A stretch of 21,648 nt of DNA from an uncultured archaeon (GTDB lineage Archaea; Asgardarchaeota; Lokiarchaeia; Sigyniarchaeales; SOKP01). Shown here piece by piece: positions 15,495 through 21,648 of this stretch. The DNA is taken from contig CAYLZE010000071.1 in the NCBI GenBank assembly GCA_964388035.1, positions 1 to 21,648 of the forward strand. The letters run 5' to 3'. How positions within the stretch are numbered: position 1 is the first letter of the stretch; every line of letters begins with the position of its first letter. The notes below the pieces were generated by a model, which saw nothing but the letters and a program-made list of their open reading frames with translations, was not told the DNA's origin and did no database searches. Both the position numbers and the translations under genes were made by a program.

Positions 15495-17459
15495 ATGAAG
15501 AAAGAAAAAAGTTTAATTCTATTAAAACCAAATTTAGGTCAGCCGGAATTAATTAATTTAGTAGAGTTTAGCGATGAAACTCCCGAAAAGGGTAAGAAAG
15601 TAAGCTTTCGAACATATTTTCTTTCAAATATTAAGCTTTCTTCGGAAGATTTACAACAGAAATTGATATCTAACGTTTACATTCAACCGATTCTAAAAGA
15701 TAGTGGTGATTTTTTAAAAAGGAGGGGGCAATTACAGAAACTAGAAATTTCTAAAATTACTTTCATTAATTTGGATGAATTAGGGCCATTAATGGATTTA
15801 GCATTGAATGAAAATGAATTAATAATACGGGACATTTACAATACCCTTTTGAAAATAAATAAAGGTATTTTGAAGGATAAGTACTTATATTGCGTAAACG
15901 TTCAACTCGAGGGTCTTTTAAAAATTAGAAATTTGTTAGAAAAACAAGAACAATCGTTTATTTTATTTGATCTTATCTATCCAAATTATGATTCAACAGA
16001 ATCCTTAATAAATTATCATAGTATAGCGATATTTAATAAATCAGCAGAAGATTTTAATTTTATTCATGCCACGGACCTTCATATTGCTCGTAGAAATGAT
16101 TTTATTTCCAAGCATTTAAGAAATAAAGCAAGGAAGAGGGAATCAAAGAGTTTTCATGGATCTGAGATTAACAAGGGACCTCCAATTTTAGAGAGAGATT
16201 TCATCATAAAAAAAGGATTCCAAGAGGAAAAATGGAATTCATTGCAATTTGCTAAATATAATTTTAACTATGATTTAAGGCGTTTCATTAAATTTGCGAA
16301 TGATAAGGCAGCAAAGAAAAAATTAGACTTTATTATTTTAACAGGTGATTTGATAGATTTCCGTGAAATTGTAATGGGAAACGATATATATGTGAATAAT
16401 TTTGAAGTGTTTATCTCAATTTTATTGGGGGTGAATAAGAGGGTTGAAATTCCTCCATATTTAGTAGAGGACGAATATTTAAATCAGAATGAAATAATGG
16501 TACCAATTTTTACTACTACTGGTAATCATGATTATAGAATTGGGCATTATAGCTTATATGCGGGCAAAATCCGTAAAATATTTGGCATGACAAAAGAGGA
16601 TATCAAGAATTATCACGATTTAAAATTTTTCAGCTATTATAATACGATTCGTTCAGGTGCTAAATATTTAAGATATTATTTTGAAAATATTAATCCAAAC
16701 TTAAATTATACTTTTCAATTTGGCGAAAAATGGTTTTTTATTTGTTTAGATACGGGAGAAGATTCAAAAATAAATTTGTATAACTTATTTCGAGGAGCTC
16801 CCAAGTCTAAAGGTTTATCTAATTATCAAATTGAGTTATTGAAACAATTTATCAAAAAAAGTAACAACAGAAAAGTAATAATTCTAATGCATGCTCCACC
16901 AATATCTCCTGCAACTAAATATTATAAACAAAAGAAATTAAAAAAGTTATTAAATTCTAAAGAGAATGTCAAATGGGCGGATCTTTATGAAGATAATTTA
17001 AATCATTTAATTGGTAAAAGAGAATTAAATGATATAATTGATTTAAATCACCAAACAATAAAAAATAATAGAAAAAACTTCTTGAAAACTTGTTTAGGCT
17101 GCTTTATGGATATTCAAAAAAAAGTTGAAATAATTTTATGTGGGCATAATCATACTATAATAGAATTAAGAATAAAGGCTTTTAATTCCAATGAAAAAAA
17201 TCATCAAAGGAATAATTGCAATTCAATCAAATTTTATACTAATAAATACGGAGAAATTATCAATAGTCTTAATAACAATAATGATTTGGAAACTTTTTTT
17301 AATGAAAATCGACCTTTCATTTTCCAAACTCAATCATTGGGACCAATCGCTAAGAATCCTTTCAAATTCAAGCCCCCTGGATTTCGATTTATTTCAATTA
17401 TTGAAAATCAGATAAAGAAAATAGAGTTATATTCGTTATATCTAATCAAAAAAAAATAA
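15495..17459 (+). CDS. Large calcineurin-like metallophosphoesterase with an uncharacterised N-terminal domain
   Basis: All five motifs present: HATDLH, TGDLID, GNHD, MHAPP, CGHNH. Confidence 0.88.
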   Translation: MKKEKSLILLKPNLGQPELINLVEFSDETPEKGKKVSFRTYFLSNIKLSSEDLQQKLISNVYIQPILKDSGDFLKRRGQLQKLEISKITFINLDELGPLMDLALNENELIIRDIYNTLLKINKGILKDKYLYCVNVQLEGLLKIRNLLEKQEQSFILFDLIYPNYDSTESLINYHSIAIFNKSAEDFNFIHATDLHIARRNDFISKHLRNKARKRESKSFHGSEINKGPPILERDFIIKKGFQEEKWNSLQFAKYNFNYDLRRFIKFANDKAAKKKLDFIILTGDLIDFREIVMGNDIYVNNFEVFISILLGVNKRVEIPPYLVEDEYLNQNEIMVPIFTTTGNHDYRIGHYSLYAGKIRKIFGMTKEDIKNYHDLKFFSYYNTIRSGAKYLRYYFENINPNLNYTFQFGEKWFFICLDTGEDSKINLYNLFRGAPKSKGLSNYQIELLKQFIKKSNNRKVIILMHAPPISPATKYYKQKKLKKLLNSKENVKWADLYEDNLNHLIGKRELNDIIDLNHQTIKNNRKNFLKTCLGCFMDIQKKVEIILCGHNHTIIELRIKAFNSNEKNHQRNNCNSIKFYTNKYGEIINSLNNNNDLETFFNENRPFIFQTQSLGPIAKNPFKFKPPGFRFISIIENQIKKIELYSLYLIKKK

Positions 17460-17542
17460 GACTCTAATTTATTGATTATATACTTTTTTTAAATGATAAG
17501 AGAGCAGAAAAAAGAAAAAGATGCAATATATTTAGATATTGA

Positions 17543-18505
17543 TCATTCTCTTCCATTTTCCATTAATATTACAGCTTCTTCATAAGTGCTATTGGGCATG
17601 GGACCAAAGAATTCTACTTTTAATGCTCCTACTGCATTCGCAAATTTTGCAGCTTTTTCTATTTTCCATCCTCCAAGGTAAGCAGCAATAAATGCCCCTC
17701 CAAAAGAATCGCCAGCACCCGTGGGATCAACCTCCTTTGCTTTAAAACCGGGGATTTGGTGTCCATTAGGATTTTCTTCATTGAAAATTTTACACCCTTC
17801 TTTTCCTTGCTTTAATATTATCGTTTTGATACCATTTTGCATTAAGGTTAAACACGCTTGATCTCCTTTTTCCCCGGCTAACATTTCTGCCTCTTCCCCA
17901 CTAGGTAATAAAATATTTGTGTTCTCTAAAATGGGTTGACAAATTTCTAAAATTTTCTTAATAGGAAGCATTTCAGGTCTTAAATTGGGATCGAAAGAAA
18001 CGATTACATTGGGATTTTGGTCTCTTGCTATTTGGAGTGCTTTATAACAGGCATCCTTAGAGTTCTCACTTATAGATAAAGCACTACCCATGATATGTAG
18101 ACTTTTAACCTCCTTAAAATAGGAGGGCTCAAGATCATTGATCGATGTATCACCCGCAGCTCCAGCGGCGAATATAAATTTCCTCGAACCATCAGAATTA
18201 TATTGATTAAATGCTATTCCAGTAGTTTTACCCTCTTCTACTCTTATTTTAGAAATATCCACCCCATCCACGCGTAACTTCTCCACTATTGATTTACCAA
18301 AATCATCTTTACCTACAACTCCTATAAAACCAGTACTCTGGCCAAATTTGACGCCCATACGAGCAGCAGAATCAATAAATATAGCTGGAGCCCCACTCGG
18401 ATAAGGCCCCCTGTATAATTTCCCAATCTCTCCATGAGGAACATTAACCTCTGTCCTCATGATTTCCACTAATAATTCTCCTAAAGAGATAATCATTGGC
18501 GTCAT
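17543..18505 (-). CDS. PfkB/ribokinase-family sugar kinase
   Basis: GELLVE, GPYPSGAPAIF, GVVGKDDFG, SFDPNLR, DPTGAGDSFGGAF. Confidence 0.95.
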   Translation of the reverse strand: MTPMIISLGELLVEIMRTEVNVPHGEIGKLYRGPYPSGAPAIFIDSAARMGVKFGQSTGFIGVVGKDDFGKSIVEKLRVDGVDISKIRVEEGKTTGIAFNQYNSDGSRKFIFAAGAAGDTSINDLEPSYFKEVKSLHIMGSALSISENSKDACYKALQIARDQNPNVIVSFDPNLRPEMLPIKKILEICQPILENTNILLPSGEEAEMLAGEKGDQACLTLMQNGIKTIILKQGKEGCKIFNEENPNGHQIPGFKAKEVDPTGAGDSFGGAFIAAYLGGWKIEKAAKFANAVGALKVEFFGPMPNSTYEEAVILMENGRE

Positions 18506-18818
18506 GTATCTTAATAATTATATTTTAACAAGGATTAAAAACTTTTAAGCAAATATCAATGTCTCGAAATTTAATAATAAAACTAACTAAAAAATCGGCA
18601 TTGATTTATATTTATTTACAAGATCCTTTGAGATTGAATAATCAAATTCCCTATTTAACATACTTCTTTTACATGCTAAGAAAGTAATAATTACCTTGTA
18701 TTTTAAAGTAAAAGATTATGAATTAATTATTTTTAAAAAACAGCAAAAATTATTTATTAAAAGTTAAATGAAATATGATAATTAAAAATACTTTAATTCT
18801 AATTTAGAAGTGATCAAC

Positions 18819-19856
18819 ATGGTTTTAAAAACAAAAGTAACCGAAATGTTGGGGATCAAGCATCCCATAATTGCTGCTCCGATGGGCCCCTTTTATACCA
18901 CGGAATTAACCGTTGCCGTGTCAGAAGCAGGCGGGTTAGGAGTATTGAGCCATACCAACCTTTTTGGAAAGAGTAGTCTCCAGGAATTAAAAAATAACAT
19001 GGAATATGTGGTGGAACATACGGACAAGCCATTTGGTTTTAATGTCAGAACATCTAGATTACAAATTGATGCCCCAACTATATGTAGATCAATTCCCAAG
19101 TTCATTCGAGATAATCCAAAAATAAAAGAGCAATGCATGTACGTGGTTACTTCTGCTGGCACACCAAAAATGATACAAAATAAAGCTTTTGAGAAGTTGA
19201 AAGAAAGTAGTTCTCAAATCAAACACTTTCATGTGGCGCCTGCTTTATGGCTAGCTGGAAAGTGTGTTGAAGCAGGAGTAGATGGAATTGTTGCTACGGG
19301 ATATGAAGGAGGCGGACATCAGTCATATGAAAAAATTACGACCTTAGTCTTAATGCAGGAAATTAGAAAAAAATATCCCGATATACCCTTAGTAGGGTGT
19401 GGGGGTTTTGCTACAGGAGAGAGCTTGGCTGCAGCATTAACAATGGGCGCGGGAGGTGTAGCCATGGGCTCGCGTTTTATAGCATCTAAAGAATCCGAAT
19501 TTCATCCTAAATATAAAAATATTATTCCCCCTGCAAAATCTACAGATACCATGTATTGTTTAGGCGTATTAGGTCCCATTAGATTATGGGCCAATGCATA
19601 TGCATTATCTCATAAGCCAGTTCAAAGCAAAGAAGAAAAATTAGAATTAGAAAGATCCATAACGCCTGAAAAAGCTTTAGAGGATCAAAAGCATTATGAA
19701 ATGACTTATGAGGGAGACATTGAGTATGGAGCGGTCTTATTAGGGCAAAGCATTGGACTAATTGATTCTATTGAAGAAGTATCATATATAATTGATAATA
19801 TCATCAATAATGCCGAAAAAAGCATAATGAATGCTTCTCTATTAATAAAAGAATGA
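18819..19856 (+). CDS. Nitronate monooxygenase / FabK-like FMN-dependent enoyl reductase family protein
   Basis: LGIKHPIIAAPM, VSEAGGLG, TDKPFGFN, GYEGGGH, GGVAMGSRF, GQSIGLI. ATG at 18819 preferred because the upstream AGTGAT looks like a ribosome-binding site. Confidence 0.92.
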   Translation: MVLKTKVTEMLGIKHPIIAAPMGPFYTTELTVAVSEAGGLGVLSHTNLFGKSSLQELKNNMEYVVEHTDKPFGFNVRTSRLQIDAPTICRSIPKFIRDNPKIKEQCMYVVTSAGTPKMIQNKAFEKLKESSSQIKHFHVAPALWLAGKCVEAGVDGIVATGYEGGGHQSYEKITTLVLMQEIRKKYPDIPLVGCGGFATGESLAAALTMGAGGVAMGSRFIASKESEFHPKYKNIIPPAKSTDTMYCLGVLGPIRLWANAYALSHKPVQSKEEKLELERSITPEKALEDQKHYEMTYEGDIEYGAVLLGQSIGLIDSIEEVSYIIDNIINNAEKSIMNASLLIKE

Positions 19857-19873
19857 GAAAATAATATACAATA

Positions 19874-19898
19874 TTTTTTTTTTAGTTTTTCACTTTTT
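19874..19898 (+). terminator. Oligo-T terminator-like tract
   Basis: Long T-runs about 20 bp after the stop of the upstream gene. Confidence 0.4.
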
Positions 19899-19939
19899 AT
19901 ATTGTTTTGATCTATAAATTAGAGGAAATTCTTGCTATC

Positions 19940-20419
19940 ATGTCAGAAAATAGAGTAGAAATTGGACCATATGATTACATGGAGCACTTTATGAAGAGAG
20001 CTGCGCTACTCGTCTCCATGGATAAAGAAGGAAAGGCTAATGTAATGACATTGTTGTGGAAAACAATAGGAGAATTATGGATGATTCCTGTCATTACTGT
20101 TGCAGTGGCCCCAAACAGATATACATTTCAATTATTGACCAAGGGTATTAGGGAATTCACGGTAAATATACCTTCAGAAAAAAGTTCTAGAGTCTTAGAC
20201 ATTTGTGGCTCTTTATCAGGGCGAAATACTAATAAATTCGAAAAGGCAAAATTAGTGCAAGTTGCGGGAAAAAAAACCAAGGTTCCCACGATAGAAGGTT
20301 GCGACCTCATGTATGAGTGTCAAATCGTTCATGAAACAGATTCTGGACAAATGGCAGGCCACCATTTATTTTATGGTAAGATATTGAAGGCTTATGCTTC
20401 TACTAGCATTGCACATTAA
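19940..20419 (+). CDS. Flavin reductase-like (flavoredoxin / DIM6-NTAB) FMN-binding protein
   Basis: GKANVMT..W, VAVAPNRYT, EFTVNIP, CGSLSGRNTNKF, VPTIEGC..YEC, HHLFYGKI. The ATG at 19940 is more plausible than the TTG at 19907. Confidence 0.9.
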   Translation: MSENRVEIGPYDYMEHFMKRAALLVSMDKEGKANVMTLLWKTIGELWMIPVITVAVAPNRYTFQLLTKGIREFTVNIPSEKSSRVLDICGSLSGRNTNKFEKAKLVQVAGKKTKVPTIEGCDLMYECQIVHETDSGQMAGHHLFYGKILKAYASTSIAH

Positions 20420-20569
20420 CTCCTCTTGAACATAAAATGCATTTTTTTAATTAATTGCTTTCTCATGATAATAATAAAAGATAACCTATACATGCTATTA
20501 TTTAATTAACTTTATAAATACTTGAAAATAACGAACAATTAACAAATTGTTATTAAGAGAGTAAGTATA

Positions 20570-21648
20570 TTGAGTTATATTGAAGAAAAGTCTAAAAGGA
20601 TCCCTATTCTAGCAGAAACAGAAGTTTTAGTGGCGGGTGGAGGACCAGCGGGTATTTCAGCAGCACTGGCTGCAGCGAGAGAAGGAGTTAAGACGTTATT
20701 AGTCGAAAGATATGGCTGTTTCGGAGGAGTCATTACCCAATCAATAATGGGTTCGATTTCTTGGTATCGTTATGCTCAAACAGTTGAAGCGGGAGGAATT
20801 GGAATGGAATTAGAGCGCAGGGCAAAAGAAATGGGTGCGAGCATTAATATCATGGGCAAAATAAAGAATAAGGAGATGATCGAGGTTCTTGAAAAAGAGG
20901 GATTAATGGTAAATGGAGAACCAACTTTTGAGATTTTAGATCCCGAAATGTTTAAATATGTTGTTGATGTAATGATACAAGAAGCAGGAATTACACCCTT
21001 ATTACACTGTGCCGCGGTAGATGCGATAATGGAAGGAAAAGTAATAAAGGGTGTTATTACAGAGAGTAAATCGGGTAGACAAGCCATTTTAGCTAAGCGA
21101 GTAATTGATGCAACGGGTGACGCGGATATCGCATGGCATGCCGGAGCATCCTTTCGTAAAAGTCCTAAAAATGAATTAATGGAAGTTACCACTAATTTTG
21201 GTTGTAGCGGAGTCAATATCGGTAAATTCTTAATGTATATTTATACACACCCAGGAAAATTTGGGGAATGGGGTGAGGGTGCTGGCAAGGAAGAAGAAGC
21301 GTTTAGTACTTATTTGGTGGAACCCTTTAATAAAGCAAAAGAAGCAGGGGAAATACCTAAAGATGCAAGAATGGAAAGCTTCTGGAATTGTTATACGGAA
21401 GCTGGCGAAATTCCTTCTTTAAATGCAGTGCACATGACGGATATTGATTGTACGGATGTATGGGATCTCACCAAAGCTGAATTAGAGGGAAGAAAGCGGG
21501 TGATGTGGGCTCTTAACGCATTAAAAAAGTATACCCCCGGTTTTGAAAAAGCTCGATTAAGAACATTAGGACCCTCTCTGGGAACAAGAGAATCGAGAAA
21601 AATAATTGGGGAATATGAAATTACGGAACAAGATGTTAGAAACCAAGC
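20570..21648 (+). CDS. FAD-dependent oxidoreductase (FAD_oxidored-type), 3'-truncated by the window; absent from the ORF track
   Basis: TTG at 20570 gives MSYIEEKSKRIPILAETEVLVAGGGPAGISAALAAAREGVKTLLVERYGCFGG; later VIDATGDADIA and LGTRESRKIIGEY. Confidence 0.93.
   Translation, partial: MSYIEEKSKRIPILAETEVLVAGGGPAGISAALAAAREGVKTLLVERYGCFGGVITQSIMGSISWYRYAQTVEAGGIGMELERRAKEMGASINIMGKIKNKEMIEVLEKEGLMVNGEPTFEILDPEMFKYVVDVMIQEAGITPLLHCAAVDAIMEGKVIKGVITESKSGRQAILAKRVIDATGDADIAWHAGASFRKSPKNELMEVTTNFGCSGVNIGKFLMYIYTHPGKFGEWGEGAGKEEEAFSTYLVEPFNKAKEAGEIPKDARMESFWNCYTEAGEIPSLNAVHMTDIDCTDVWDLTKAELEGRKRVMWALNALKKYTPGFEKARLRTLGPSLGTRESRKIIGEYEITEQDVRNQ

Noticed and set aside
17191-17415. 74-aa alternate-frame ORF
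   Set aside because: Nested in the phosphoesterase, whose own frame is continuous; no recognisable features.
18893-21216. Minus-strand ORFs 18893-19162, 20128-20310 and 20776-21216
   Set aside because: Antisense to well-supported flavoprotein genes.
1-21648. CRISPR array, tRNA/rRNA genes, IS elements
   Set aside because: By eye I found no regularly spaced short repeats, no tRNA-like GC-rich cloverleaf and no transposase or integrase motifs; a covariance-model scan was not possible.

Overview
AT-rich window that looks archaeal; Asgard/Lokiarchaeia-like origin is my inference from protein style, TATA-like promoters and oligo-T terminators, not a database result. (1) 1-2900: a toxin-antitoxin turnover zone. 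An intact UPF0175-like antitoxin + DUF3368-like PIN toxin pair and some gene fragments lie between two diverged ~240-bp direct repeats, each a decayed PIN-gene tail plus a small downstream ORF. (2) 3300-10728, the main candidate for an undescribed system: a mirror-symmetric five-gene locus, [long coiled-coil protein with C-terminal membrane hairpin -> APC permease with an extra C-terminal membrane domain] -> small ATC-hydrolase/V4R-like gene <- [APC permease <- coiled-coil protein]. The two rods align without gaps over their last ~330 aa and share a central GFP hinge. The two permeases share a non-canonical C-terminal extension; one lacks the usual TM6 motif and the other lacks a canonical start codon. 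(3) 11178-21648: metabolic genes, namely an AlkC-like HEAT protein downstream of a fusion between a ligand-less amidohydrolase-like barrel and a YjbQ domain, a GPH/MFS sugar transporter, a large metallophosphoesterase, a PfkB kinase, a nitronate monooxygenase/FabK-like enzyme, a flavin reductase-like protein and a FAD-dependent oxidoreductase cut by the window end. I recognised no rRNA, tRNA, CRISPR array, transposase or integrase.
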